64,000 bases of DNA. Source: Candidatus Krumholzibacteriota bacterium (lineage in GTDB: Bacteria; Krumholzibacteriota; Krumholzibacteriia; JAJRXK01). The notes below the pieces were generated by a model. It saw only the letters and a list, made by a program, of their open reading frames with translations. It was not told the DNA's origin and ran no database searches. The first letter of the stretch is position 1. Every line of letters begins with the position of its first letter. Shown here in pieces: positions 27,883 through 38,066 of this stretch. A program made the position numbers and the translations under genes. Where the stretch lies: contig CAWDWO010000035.1 of NCBI GenBank assembly GCA_963806035.1, forward strand, positions 32,001 to 96,000, given 5' to 3'.

Positions 27883-29386
27883 CTTCGGCTCCCTTCTCCT
27901 CGGTCACGATGGTTCCGACGGTCAGATTCTTCTCGATCAGATAGGTCTTACACAGACGCTGGAGGTCGTCCAGGGTCACCGCGTCGACCTCGCTGGGATA
28001 GCTCAGGGCCTTCTGCCAGTCCCCCAGAATGACCTGGGCGCTGCACAGAGTCTGCGCCATGCCGGTGTCGGAACGCACCTGGCGGATCCAATTGGCCTTC
28101 AGGCGGGTCTTCGCTCCCTCGAGCTCTTCGGCGGTGATGTCGCCGGATTTCGCCTTGTCGAATTCCTTCAAAATGCTGCTCTCGCACTGGGCTGCGGTAA
28201 AGCCCTTGGCGGGCACGGCGAAAGTGAGAAAAAGCCCCGGGTAGAGCTGTCCGGGGAAGCCGGTGAAGGCGCCGACGCTCACCGCCGACTGCTCCTCCTT
28301 CACGAGCTTCTTGTAGAGGCGGCTGCTGCGGCCGTTGGCCAGGACTTCGGTCAGGACGTCGAAGGCCGCATCGTCGGGACTCGAGGCCGCGGGCTTGTGA
28401 TAGCCCATGACCAGGAGCGGTTGACCCGGGTCCTTCAGGGTCACGGTACGCTCGGCGATTTGCGGGGGCTCGACGGTCCGGACCGGTTCGGGAACGGGAG
28501 CCGCTTTCCACGGACCAAAGTACTTCTTCGCGAGTGACTGTACTTCCTTGGGGTCGACGTCACCCACCAAACACATGACCACGTTGCCCGGCACGTAGTA
28601 CTTCGCGTGGAACTTGAGCGCGTCCTTGCGCGTGAAGGCCTCGAGATCGCTCATGTGTCCGACGGTGGGCTGCCCGTAGGGATGCGCCTTGTAGGCGGTG
28701 GTGATGAACTCCTCGAGCAAACGGCCAAAGGAACTGGACTCGGTGCGCATGCGGCGCTCTTCTTCCACCACGTCCCGTTCCTTGTAGAACTCGCGCAGGA
28801 CGGGATGGATGTAGCGCTGCGACTCGAGATAGGCCCACAGCTGCAGCTTGTTGCTGGGGAGATTGTAAAAATAGGTCGTCACGTCCGACGCGGTGGACGC
28901 GTTGAGACCGGTGCCTCCCGCCTGCTCGACGATGCTTCCGAATTCGTTCTTGACCACGTATTCATCCGCGGCTTCCTCGGCCTTCTGCATCGCCTCTTTG
29001 GCCTTGGCGATCTCTTCGTCGGAGGCGCCCTTCAACTTGGTCTGCCACCAAGCGGCCTGCGCCTCGTCCACGGCGTCGAGCGCCTTCTTCTCTTTGGAGT
29101 AGTCCTTGGTACCGATGACGTCGGTACCTTTGAATGCCATGTGTTCGAACATGTGCGCCAAGCCGGTGATGCCGGGAACTTCGTTCACCGATCCGACTTT
29201 GCACATGGAGACGTAGCTGAAAACGGGGGAATCGTGGCGCTCCACCACGATGAACTTCAGGCCGTTGTCCAGCGTGAATGTGCTGATATCCTTCTCCAGT
29301 TTGGCGATGTCCTGGGCCGGAGCCGCAATGGCACCGAACACGAGCATCGTCAAAAGAAGAAGCGAAGTCAGGAGTGCGCGTCGCAT
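27872..29386 (-). CDS. M16 (pitrilysin family) zinc peptidase, catalytic subunit
   Basis: Signal peptide from ATG 29386; TGLAHMFEHMAFKG, NASTASDVTTY, ERDVVEEERRMR. Confidence 0.92.
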   Translation of the reverse strand: MRRALLTSLLLLTMLVFGAIAAPAQDIAKLEKDISTFTLDNGLKFIVVERHDSPVFSYVSMCKVGSVNEVPGITGLAHMFEHMAFKGTDVIGTKDYSKEKKALDAVDEAQAAWWQTKLKGASDEEIAKAKEAMQKAEEAADEYVVKNEFGSIVEQAGGTGLNASTASDVTTYFYNLPSNKLQLWAYLESQRYIHPVLREFYKERDVVEEERRMRTESSSFGRLLEEFITTAYKAHPYGQPTVGHMSDLEAFTRKDALKFHAKYYVPGNVVMCLVGDVDPKEVQSLAKKYFGPWKAAPVPEPVRTVEPPQIAERTVTLKDPGQPLLVMGYHKPAASSPDDAAFDVLTEVLANGRSSRLYKKLVKEEQSAVSVGAFTGFPGQLYPGLFLTFAVPAKGFTAAQCESSILKEFDKAKSGDITAEELEGAKTRLKANWIRQVRSDTGMAQTLCSAQVILGDWQKALSYPSEVDAVTLDDLQRLCKTYLIEKNLTVGTIVTEEKGAEDAS

Positions 29387-29525
29387 CTGCCCTCCTCTGG
29401 GTTGAATCGTTCGTGGGGTCGAAGAAAAAGTGGCGGCGCGAGCGCGAGATGCAAATCTCTCTCGCCGGTCGTGCCCGGAAGCAAAGTAGGGTACCAACGC
29501 ATCCCGCCGGTGGTCAAAGGTAGAA

Positions 29526-30128
29526 TCATGTTCGTTTGCCGGAGACGAAGGGGGAATCCGGGTAGAAGAAACGCAAGCGAAGCTGCCTTCCTTCCCGCAC
29601 TCCGATGCGGCTGGAGCGGGCCACGCGCTTCGGCGTCTCAAAGGGCCAGATTCCCAGCTCATCCCGCGTGAGATCCAGGCCGTTGTGGCGCAAATCCAGG
29701 CCCAGGGCCTGACAGAGCTTGGCCGGACCGTTCGCGATCTCCACGCCCTTGCGTCCGCGCCGCGCTCCCATCAGTTCCGCGCCCTGAAGCGCTTCTCCGG
29801 CGCGCAGCAGAACCGCTCCCGCAACGCCCTTCTTCTCGGCCACCACGTTCGAGCAGTAGTGCATGCCGTAGGTGAAGTACACGTAGAGATGACCCGGAGT
29901 TGCAAACATCTGCTCGTTGCGCGCGGTTCTGCCGCGGAAGGCGTGGCTCGCGGGATCGTCGCCCACCCCCAGATAGGCCTCCACCTCGACGAGTTTGATG
30001 GCCAGAGTGAGGCCGCCGACGCGGAGAACCAGGGCGCAGCCCAGAAGATCGGGCGCGAGCTCCTCCGCGCTGCGCGCAAAGAAGCGCCGGCCCAATCGCC
30101 GGTACGCGGGAAACCCGCCGCGCCCCAT
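29526..30128 (-). CDS. mpg: DNA-3-methyladenine glycosylase (AAG/MPG type)
   Basis: VEVEAYLG, DPASHA, LYVYFTYGMHYCSNVV, AVLLRA, NGPAKLCQALG. Confidence 0.95.
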   Translation of the reverse strand: MGRGGFPAYRRLGRRFFARSAEELAPDLLGCALVLRVGGLTLAIKLVEVEAYLGVGDDPASHAFRGRTARNEQMFATPGHLYVYFTYGMHYCSNVVAEKKGVAGAVLLRAGEALQGAELMGARRGRKGVEIANGPAKLCQALGLDLRHNGLDLTRDELGIWPFETPKRVARSSRIGVREGRQLRLRFFYPDSPFVSGKRT

Positions 30129-30973
30129 CAGTTGATCACGTACTCCTTGCGCCCGAAGATCAGTCCGCCGAGAAAAGTGAAGAGGGTCACCACCGCGAGA
30201 AGAATGAACAGAGAACCCCAGAGGGGAAGACTGTATTCCACCGAGAGCAGGCCCCGGACGAAATCCGTGAGCGAGGCCTGGACGTCTTGCCGGCTCACGA
30301 TGAGATTGCGCAGGTGCCATTCGAGGGTCCACATCTGCAGGCGCATCGGCGCCACGCTGACCGTACTCTCCCACGCGAAGATGTAGAGGATCCCCCAGAT
30401 GAGCGGCCGCTTGAAGACGGTGCCCATGAACGCGAAGATGGCCGTGTAGCAGAAGACGGCCAAGAGGATCACCAGGAAGTAATTGGTGTAGACCTCGACG
30501 AAATCGAGATTGATGGCCTGGGAGTTCCCCACCACCATCAAGAGGAAGCAGACGGCCAAGGAGGCGGTCAGCACCAGAGCCGAGATACTCTGCACCGCGA
30601 GCAGGCGACCGGCGTACACCGCCCCGCGGGAGAGCGGGCGGGTGAAGAGATAGGTGATGGTCCTCCCCTCCACCTCGTCATGAATCGTGGGAACACCGAA
30701 GAAGAGACTCACCAGGTAGACCAGCGCCTTGAGGTAGACCAGACCTCCGATGTTGGCGAAAAACTCCGTGGGCGAGATCTGCTTGGTCCCGTACACGCGC
30801 CAGATGATCGTGAGCACGAGCGGAAAGACCACGGCCATCCCCAAAAAGACGAGTCGCTTACGCCGCACCAATTCCTTCACGGCGGCGTTGTACACCAGGC
30901 CGATGGTCAGAGAGGGTTCGAGCGTCACCGGCGGCTTGTCGGCGTAAGCTTGCTGGAGTTCTCTTGTGTTCAC
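30128..30973 (-). CDS. ABC transporter permease
   Basis: About 6 TM segments; DEVEGRTITYLFTRPLSR. Confidence 0.88.
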   Translation of the reverse strand: MNTRELQQAYADKPPVTLEPSLTIGLVYNAAVKELVRRKRLVFLGMAVVFPLVLTIIWRVYGTKQISPTEFFANIGGLVYLKALVYLVSLFFGVPTIHDEVEGRTITYLFTRPLSRGAVYAGRLLAVQSISALVLTASLAVCFLLMVVGNSQAINLDFVEVYTNYFLVILLAVFCYTAIFAFMGTVFKRPLIWGILYIFAWESTVSVAPMRLQMWTLEWHLRNLIVSRQDVQASLTDFVRGLLSVEYSLPLWGSLFILLAVVTLFTFLGGLIFGRKEYVIN

Positions 30974-31935
30974 CTGCCGTCCTCCACCAAGTACTCGAAC
31001 AGACTCTTGAGATTGTCGTCCAGGGTGGTCCACGAACGGACCCCCATTTCCGGGCGCAACGCGAACTCGGGCAGCATCCGGTAGACTTCGCGCGGCAGAT
31101 CCGACTCGAGCAGAAGAGAATGCTCCGAACTCACGCGCAGCCCCTGGACGTCCTTCAAGGTGATGAATTCCGTGGCCAGGGCCCGCGGCGATTCGCAGTG
31201 CACCTCGATGCGGTGCGGATGGCGTTCGATCGCGTCGCGAATTTCCCCGATGTCCCCGTCCGCCAGGATCTGACCGCGGTGGATGAGCAGAATGCGCGAA
31301 GTCATCGCCTCGACCTCGTGCAGAATGTGGCTACTCACCATGACCGTCTTGCCCTCCGCCCCCAACTCCTTGATGAGATCCATGGATTCCTTGCGGCTCA
31401 CCGGATCCATTCCGTTAAAAGGCTCGTCGAGGAAGAGGATCTGTGGGTCGTGGGCGAGCGCCTGGGCGAGCTTGATCTTCTGACGCATGCCCTTGGAGTA
31501 GCCCTTCACGCGCCGGTCCGCCGCCTCCAAGAGGTGCGTGCGCTGCAACGCCCGCTGCGTCCGCTCGTTCGCTTCGTCCTTGGTGAAACCCTGCAGGCGA
31601 GTGAGATAGACCAGCATTTCGCGCCCGGTCATCGATTCGTAGAGCGCATCGGGTTCGGCCAAGAATCCGATGAGCCGGTAGAGCCCGCGGTGGTGCGCCA
31701 GATCGTGGCCGCACACGCGGACCACTCCCGCGCTCGGCTTGAGTTGACCGGCCATGAGCTTGAAGAGAGTGCTCTTGCCCGCGCCGTTGAGTCCCAGGAG
31801 CCCGGTCACGCCCGGGCTCACGTCCACCGTGAGGTCGTTCACCCCGATGACCTGCCCGTACCAACGGGACAGGTTCTGTGTCTTCAACACCACCAGAGAA
31901 GTATCGGGCGGGGCTGTGGGTGGGGCCTGAATCAA
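30970..31935 (-). CDS. ABC transporter ATP-binding protein
   Basis: GLNGAGKS, YSKGMRQ, FLDEP, SSH. Confidence 0.95.
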   Translation of the reverse strand: MIQAPPTAPPDTSLVVLKTQNLSRWYGQVIGVNDLTVDVSPGVTGLLGLNGAGKSTLFKLMAGQLKPSAGVVRVCGHDLAHHRGLYRLIGFLAEPDALYESMTGREMLVYLTRLQGFTKDEANERTQRALQRTHLLEAADRRVKGYSKGMRQKIKLAQALAHDPQILFLDEPFNGMDPVSRKESMDLIKELGAEGKTVMVSSHILHEVEAMTSRILLIHRGQILADGDIGEIRDAIERHPHRIEVHCESPRALATEFITLKDVQGLRVSSEHSLLLESDLPREVYRMLPEFALRPEMGVRSWTTLDDNLKSLFEYLVEDGR

Positions 31936-32789
31936 AGCACGACCTCCACCGGACGGATTCGTTTGCGCAAGATGAGATAGCAGACCGCGCCCACCACCAG
32001 GATCACGAAGAGGCTGAGCAGGGGATGATACCCCAGTGGGCGATCGGCCCCAAAGATCCAGGCCCCCAGCTGCTCGAGATTCGCGTCGACGTTAACGAGG
32101 CTCCAGAGGGACCATCCGGTGAGCATCTTGAGAATCCGCGTGACCCCGTCCACCACGAGGAGTCCCCACAGAAGGACCCAACTCACCGCGATGATCGCGC
32201 TGCGTTGGGCCACGGAAGAGAGCATCAGGACCATGAGGCCAGCCAGGGCCGCCCACACGCCACAGTAGAGCAAGGCCAGCAGGGGGGCGCTCCACACCGT
32301 CGCGAAATAGCCGTGCTGAACGCTCACCGCGACCGCGAAGATCCACAGCAAGAGGACCGGCAAAAAGCTCACCGCGAACACGAACGCGCCCACGATTCCC
32401 AGCTTGCCCAGGATGTAGTCGTTGGGCGTCAAGGGGCGCGAAAAGTAGATCTGAAGCGCGTGGAAGCGCCGGTCCTTGGAAACGAGGTCGGTTCCCGAGA
32501 GCAAGACGAAGAGGATGACGAAGACCGACTGACCCTTCAGCGCCGAAAAGAAGAAGCTGAGGCCGGTCTTGAGCAGTCCCGAGGACTGCAACAGGCTCCC
32601 CGCGCGCAGATCTCCGTAGAGCACCACGCCGCGAATGAGAACCGCCGCCCACGCGAGAAACAAGAGGATCAGCGTCCGTCGCCGTTTGAGTTCGGCGAGG
32701 AAGCCACGACGGAGAATGGGCCAGAAGCGCATGGGCCGCGCCTGAATCTCCCCCTCCCAGCGGGTGTATCCCTGTTCGTAAATCGGCAT
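31932..32789 (-). CDS. ABC transporter permease
   Basis: TM segments; DRRFHALQIYFSRPL...YILGK. Confidence 0.88.
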   Translation of the reverse strand: MPIYEQGYTRWEGEIQARPMRFWPILRRGFLAELKRRRTLILLFLAWAAVLIRGVVLYGDLRAGSLLQSSGLLKTGLSFFFSALKGQSVFVILFVLLSGTDLVSKDRRFHALQIYFSRPLTPNDYILGKLGIVGAFVFAVSFLPVLLLWIFAVAVSVQHGYFATVWSAPLLALLYCGVWAALAGLMVLMLSSVAQRSAIIAVSWVLLWGLLVVDGVTRILKMLTGWSLWSLVNVDANLEQLGAWIFGADRPLGYHPLLSLFVILVVGAVCYLILRKRIRPVEVVL

Positions 32790-33715
32790 CAGTCGATCGC
32801 CTCGAAAAATGTGTCTTCCACCGTACGGCCAGCCGGCATCAAATGCCGGATCTCCACCCCGCTGTCCAGCGAGAGGGCGGTCTGCAGGATGGGCTCGGGG
32901 CCACCCACTCCCTCCTTCAAACGCACGCGGATTCCGTTTTGGATGGGGGTGAAATCGTGGCCGCGCACCCGCAGCGCTTCACCCAGGCCCTGTAGGTCAC
33001 CTCGTCCCCGCACTTCAAAGAGAAGATGCTCGTGCAGAGGATCGTGGCTCACCGCCTCCTGAGACTTCAGCCGTCCATCCTTGAGAATCAGCACGCTGTC
33101 ACAGGTCTCCTGCACGTCGGGAAGCAGATGACTGCTCAGAATGACGGAGACCCCCTTGGTGTGACTGATCTCGCGGATCAGGGCGAGCATGGTCTCGCGC
33201 CCCGGCGGATCCATTCCATTGGTGGGCTCGTCCAGGAACACCAGCTCGGGATCGTGGACCAGGGCCTGCGCCAGCTTGAGCCGCTGTTTCATTCCCTGGC
33301 TGTACGTTTCCAAATCGCGGTAACGCGCTTCGCCGAGGCCCACGTAGTAGAGCACCTGGTGCGCGCGCTGCATGGCGTCTTTGGAACTCATCCCGGTGAG
33401 TTCTCCCGCGTACCCCGTGAGTTCGACCGCATTCATGCCCGGAACCAGACATTCGCTCTCGGGCACCAGGCCGATGCGGCGGCGCAGGGCCAAAGGCGAA
33501 AGCGCCGGATCCATCCCCAGGACCTGGGCGCATCCGGCCTGCACCGGCAGAAGCCCCAAGAGGGTGCGCAGCAGGGTGGTCTTGCCCGAACCGTTGGGGC
33601 CCAAAAGACCCACGGCTCCGCCTCCGACCTCGAATTCGAGTTCGTGGAGCACCTTTTTCTCGCCATAGGACTGGCTGAGATTGGCGCAACGGAGGATGGG
33701 GTCGAAAGAGGACAC
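32789..33715 (-). CDS. ABC transporter ATP-binding protein (start uncertain)
   Basis: GPNGSGKT, YSQGMKQR, FLDEPTNG, SSH. Confidence 0.93.
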   Translation of the reverse strand: MSSFDPILRCANLSQSYGEKKVLHELEFEVGGGAVGLLGPNGSGKTTLLRTLLGLLPVQAGCAQVLGMDPALSPLALRRRIGLVPESECLVPGMNAVELTGYAGELTGMSSKDAMQRAHQVLYYVGLGEARYRDLETYSQGMKQRLKLAQALVHDPELVFLDEPTNGMDPPGRETMLALIREISHTKGVSVILSSHLLPDVQETCDSVLILKDGRLKSQEAVSHDPLHEHLLFEVRGRGDLQGLGEALRVRGHDFTPIQNGIRVRLKEGVGGPEPILQTALSLDSGVEIRHLMPAGRTVEDTFFEAID

Positions 33716-34038
33716 GATTCGACTCCGTACGCGCATCGGCGCGCGGAAGTTGCGGGGATCTGGCCCCAGGACGCGCAAGAATGGGCCACGCCCGCTCGCC
33801 CGCCAGGCTACTCCAGATCCAGGGGCCTGTCATCCTCGCGAGGGCGCCCATGGCCCCCCGGAATGGGGTTTTCGGCCCACTTGTCCTCTCCGGTCGGACC
33901 GTGCTAGAATATTGTCCAGTTCCTGACACCATCCCGTCCGTGGGCGATCCCCTCGACCCCGGTGGGAAACTGTTGCTCCTCGTGGGATGAACCCAGCCTC
34001 CAGTGCACTGGTTTCGTCTCCTGAAAAGGAATCCGTCC

Positions 34039-34830
34039 ATGGACCACCGCAGTCGCGGCTTCGCTCTTCTCCTTTCGCTCTTTCTCCTGACTCTGCTCAG
34101 TGCTCCGGCTGCCGCGGTCTTCGACGTGAGCTGGGGCAATTCCTGGGAAGGTGTCCCGCTCCAGGACGTCATCGACAACTTCCTGAGCTCTCAGTTCCCC
34201 TCGACTTACTCGCCGGGCGATGTGAATGCGCTCACCATGTATGAGGGGTATCTGCCGGGAGACGCGGACTTGAGTCCCAAGCCCTACTGGCAGGATTCGG
34301 ATTTCACCAATCTGATCGTCACCGAGCTCGCAGGCTATCAGTGGTTCAATACCATGGGTTGGTACGAGATCGGTTATCCGGAAATCGATGGCTTCAACGA
34401 CGGCGTGATCTTCACCGGCGGGGAGGGCCCGGGGAATACGAAGACCATCACCTTCAGTTCACCCACGCAATTCGGCTTCTGGCTGGACCCCAATGGCGAT
34501 CAGGACGCCGAGGGTGCTCCGCAACCCGAGAAGTTCTACACGGACCGCACTCTGAACGACGTGGGGCCGGACGGCAGCGGCACGGTTCACGGACCCGAAG
34601 GCGGGGACCCGCAGTGCCTCATCTACAACGTCTCCTACCTCTACGGAAAGCCGGCCTACATTCTGGCCTGGGAGGATCTGGACTCCGGACTTCCGCTGGC
34701 CGCCAGCTATGCGCCGGGCTACACCGACAACGACTACAACGACCTGGTGGTGTTGATCCTCGCCTCGTCACCGGTGCCGACGCAGTCGTCCTCCTGGGGA
34801 CGCGTGAAGTCTCTCTTCAACCAGCGTTGA
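34039..34830 (+). CDS. Secreted DUF4114-like protein with a C-terminal SWGxxK tail
   Basis: RBS AAGGA, signal peptide, LAWEDL...DNDYNDLVV, ends SSPVPTQSSSWGRVKSLFNQR. Confidence 0.8.
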   Translation: MDHRSRGFALLLSLFLLTLLSAPAAAVFDVSWGNSWEGVPLQDVIDNFLSSQFPSTYSPGDVNALTMYEGYLPGDADLSPKPYWQDSDFTNLIVTELAGYQWFNTMGWYEIGYPEIDGFNDGVIFTGGEGPGNTKTITFSSPTQFGFWLDPNGDQDAEGAPQPEKFYTDRTLNDVGPDGSGTVHGPEGGDPQCLIYNVSYLYGKPAYILAWEDLDSGLPLAASYAPGYTDNDYNDLVVLILASSPVPTQSSSWGRVKSLFNQR

Positions 34831-34863
34831 TCCGCCTCGCCCGGCTGTGAAACCACCGCGGAA

Positions 34864-36609
34864 TCAGTGGACTTCCGCGGTGGTCTGCGACTTCTCGCCT
34901 TCGGCCAGCTTCTTCGCCCTGTACTCCTCGGCCAGACGGAAGAGATCCTGCTTGTCCTTCGCCTGGGACAGGATGTGCACCGCTTCCCAGAGCTGGCCGT
35001 CGTCCTTGATGGACACGTGGTAGGCCGCTTCCGAGCCGTTGAAGTGACGCTGTAGCTCGCGCGTGATTCCCGTCTTCACGTAATCGAGGTTGTCGTTCAT
35101 GAGCTTGCGATTCCAGCTCAGGTCGAACTCCTTCAAGTACTTCTTCAGGTTTTCGCGTTTGCTGGCCATCTCGTAGAACTTGTCCAGCAGGGCGGAACTC
35201 ACCTTGAAGTCCTTCGGCAGAGTCTTGTGATCGACGGCGTAGTCGGTGGCGAAAGTGAAGAAGATCCCGTCGCGTTCGAGGCATACTTCCGCGTCGCTGA
35301 GCATGGTCGGTTTGATCTCCACGTCGGGCGTGATTCCGCCGCCGCCGTAGACCTGGCGGCCCATGTCGGTGAAGTAGACCTCGCCGGAATGATGCTCGAC
35401 TTCCTCGTTCTGCGTGGAGAGGCTGTCCGTGCTGTCCTCCATCGCCAGGGAATCGGCGTGCGTCTTCACGAGTTCGCCGTCCCGTGTCCGCTTGCGATGG
35501 ATGGAGCGCCCGCTGGGCGTGTAGTAGCGCGCAGTGGTCAGCTTGAGCGCCTTGTCCGGCGGCAGATCGAAGACGGTCTGCACCGAGCCCTTGCCGAAGG
35601 TCGTCTGCCCCGCGATGAGGCCCACGTCATGGTCTTGCATGGCGCCGGAGAAGATCTCGCTGGCGCTGGCCGAGGAGCCGTTCACGAGCAGCAAGAGGGG
35701 GGTCTTGCTCCAATCGACTTCGTCCCCATCGGTGGCGTAGTAGCTGAGGTTGTTCCGCATGTAGCGGCCCTTGGTGTAGACGATGAGCTCGCCCTGCTTC
35801 AGGAAGAGCCCGCTGACGTCCTTGGCCGCGGTCAAGAGTCCACCCGGGTTGAAGCGCAGATCGATGAGGAGCCGCTCCATTCCCTGCTTCTCGAGCTTGT
35901 CCACCGCGGTGCGCAGCTCGTCGGCGGTGGTGCGAGCGAAGTTCGTGATGCGGACGTAACCGACTTTGTGTTCGTCGTCGATCATGAACACGTAGGGAAT
36001 GCTCTCGAGTTTGATGATGTCGCGCGTGATCGTGTAATGCCGGATTGCGTCCTCGCCGGCGCGACGGATGCCGATCGTCACTTCGGTTCCCTTGGGACCA
36101 CGAAGTTTGTTCACCGCATCGTTGGTCTTCCAGCCCTTGGTGCTCTCGCCCTCGATCTCCACGATCTGGTCGCCGCCCTGAATTCCCATGAGATAGGCCG
36201 GCGTTCCCTCGATCGGCGAGACCACGGTGATCCAGCCGTCCCTCAGGGTGATCTGGATTCCCAGCCCCCCGAACTCGCCCTGGGTGCTGGTCATCAGGTC
36301 GTCGTAGGACTCGGGCGTCAGAAGCTGGCTGTGCGCATCCAAGTTGTCGAGCATGCCGTCGATCGCCGAATTGATCAGCTCCTCGGGATCCAGCTCGTCC
36401 ACGTAGTTGCGAGTGATGCGCTCGTAGACGCGGCCGAAGAGCTCGAGGCTGTCGTAATATTCTTGGCTTCGGGTGACCGCTTTCTTCTGCGGGTCCTGGT
36501 CTCCCTGATCGCTCTTTCCCCGTCCTGCCGCGGCTCCGAGCACGAATCCGGTGCAGAGCACGGCGACGATCGCTGCGATGAGAAGGAGTTTGCTGCGGTT
36601 GAGCTTCAT
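34864..36609 (-). CDS. ctpA: C-terminal processing protease (S41A, PDZ)
   Basis: GEFGGLGI, DLRFNPGGLL, SASASEI, TFGKGSVQ, TTARYYTPSGRSI. Confidence 0.95.
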   Translation of the reverse strand: MKLNRSKLLLIAAIVAVLCTGFVLGAAAGRGKSDQGDQDPQKKAVTRSQEYYDSLELFGRVYERITRNYVDELDPEELINSAIDGMLDNLDAHSQLLTPESYDDLMTSTQGEFGGLGIQITLRDGWITVVSPIEGTPAYLMGIQGGDQIVEIEGESTKGWKTNDAVNKLRGPKGTEVTIGIRRAGEDAIRHYTITRDIIKLESIPYVFMIDDEHKVGYVRITNFARTTADELRTAVDKLEKQGMERLLIDLRFNPGGLLTAAKDVSGLFLKQGELIVYTKGRYMRNNLSYYATDGDEVDWSKTPLLLLVNGSSASASEIFSGAMQDHDVGLIAGQTTFGKGSVQTVFDLPPDKALKLTTARYYTPSGRSIHRKRTRDGELVKTHADSLAMEDSTDSLSTQNEEVEHHSGEVYFTDMGRQVYGGGGITPDVEIKPTMLSDAEVCLERDGIFFTFATDYAVDHKTLPKDFKVSSALLDKFYEMASKRENLKKYLKEFDLSWNRKLMNDNLDYVKTGITRELQRHFNGSEAAYHVSIKDDGQLWEAVHILSQAKDKQDLFRLAEEYRAKKLAEGEKSQTTAEVH

Positions 36610-36789
36610 GAAATGTCCCCTGACTGGTGATGGCGCCGAGGAAAGTGCTGCGGAAACGGAGGAATGCGCCTGCAGAAACGGCAGGCTCAGCTTAAAAACT
36701 TGTACGAACGACAGCAATATGTGTTCCGCGCGAATTGCCCCCGGGCTCCGTCCGGGGGTCCGGCGGGGAATTTCGGGGCACATCGAGGA

Positions 36790-37428
36790 TCAGGCTCGCG
36801 CCTCCGGCAGCCGCTCGTTGAGGTGGGCCCACGCCTCCTCCTGCAGAGCCTCCTTGGAGAGCCTGCCGTCCAGGACCCTGAAGCGCCGCGAATGGCGGTG
36901 GGCCAGCTCCAGATAGCCGGCGCGGACCCGCTCGTGAAACTCCGATTCCTCGCGTTCCATGCGGTCCCGTTGGCGATCGCCCATGCGGGCGCGCCCCTCC
37001 GCCGGGCTCAGATCCACCAGAAAGGTGAGATCGGGCACCAGCCCGCCGGTGGCGAGTTCGTTGAGTTCCTCGACGCGCTCGATGCCCAGACCCCGCCCCT
37101 TGCCCTGGTAGGCGCAGGAGGCGTCGCCGTAGCGGTCCAAGAGGACGATTTCCCCGCGCGCGAGGGCCGGCCGAAGGACTTCGCTGACCAGCTGGGCGCG
37201 CGCCGCCAGCATGAGAAAGAGTTCGCTGAGCGCGCTCAGTTGGGCATGGCGCGTATCCAGAACGAGGTCGCGGATGCGCTCGCCGGCCTCCGTGCCCCCC
37301 GGTTCCCTACTCAGGGTCAGCTCGTATCCCAGAGCCTTCAACCGCTGAGCGAGAGCGCTCATCAAGGTGGACTTGCCGCAGCCCTCGACCCCTTCGAAGC
37401 TCACCAGTACGCCGCAACTCGTGCTCAC
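36790..37428 (-). CDS. tmk: Thymidylate kinase
   Basis: FEGVEGCGKST, REPGGT, LDRYGDASCAYQG, PDLT. Confidence 0.96.
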   Translation of the reverse strand: MSTSCGVLVSFEGVEGCGKSTLMSALAQRLKALGYELTLSREPGGTEAGERIRDLVLDTRHAQLSALSELFLMLAARAQLVSEVLRPALARGEIVLLDRYGDASCAYQGKGRGLGIERVEELNELATGGLVPDLTFLVDLSPAEGRARMGDRQRDRMEREESEFHERVRAGYLELAHRHSRRFRVLDGRLSKEALQEEAWAHLNERLPEARA

Positions 37429-38035
37429 GGAGATTCCCCGTCCTGCGGCCGGTCGAGCTGAGGCCACACGTGGACGATACGTTGGATGACGGTGACCCAG
37501 GTCAAAAAGGCCAGCGCGAAGACCACGAAGCCGGTCGCGGTGCGTCCTAGGATCAGACCCAGACCCAAGAGGATGATGCGCTCAGGCCGTTCCAACCAAC
37601 CCACCTTGCACTCGCGGCCGAGTCCCTCGGCGCGCGCACGCGCGTAACTGGTGATGAGCGATCCGGCCAAAGCGAGCAGGGTCAATTCGGTGAGCCAGGG
37701 CAGCGTATAGTCGTGCATCCGCATGTCGTGCAGCAGGGCAAGAAAGAGCGCGGTCTCGCTGAGCCGGTCGAAGGTGGAGTCGAGAAAGGCCCCCAACTCG
37801 GAGACCCGGTTCTGACGGCGCGCCAGGGAGCCGTCGAGCATGTCGAATGCGCTGGCCAGAAGGAACGCCAGACCGCCCCAAAAGAGATGGCCCTGGTAGA
37901 CGATGGCGGCCGCGCCAAAGTTCAAAAAGAGACCGGCGAAAGTCAGGAGCGTGGGGAAAAACCCGCCGCATCCAACACGCGGACTACGGGCTGGATCCAC
38001 CCGCGTACGGCCTGATGAAGATCGAACTTGCTCAC
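37425..38035 (-). CDS. CDP-alcohol phosphatidyltransferase (PgsA/PI synthase-like), frameshifted at 37953-37961
   Basis: DMLDGSLAR...GAFLDSTFDR, SYARARAE; N-terminus MSKFDLHQAVRGWIQPVVRVLDAAGFSP is in a different frame from TLLTFAG. Confidence 0.88.
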
Positions 38036-38066
38036 GGAGGCAGTCAACCCTTCCTCGCGCTCGCTG

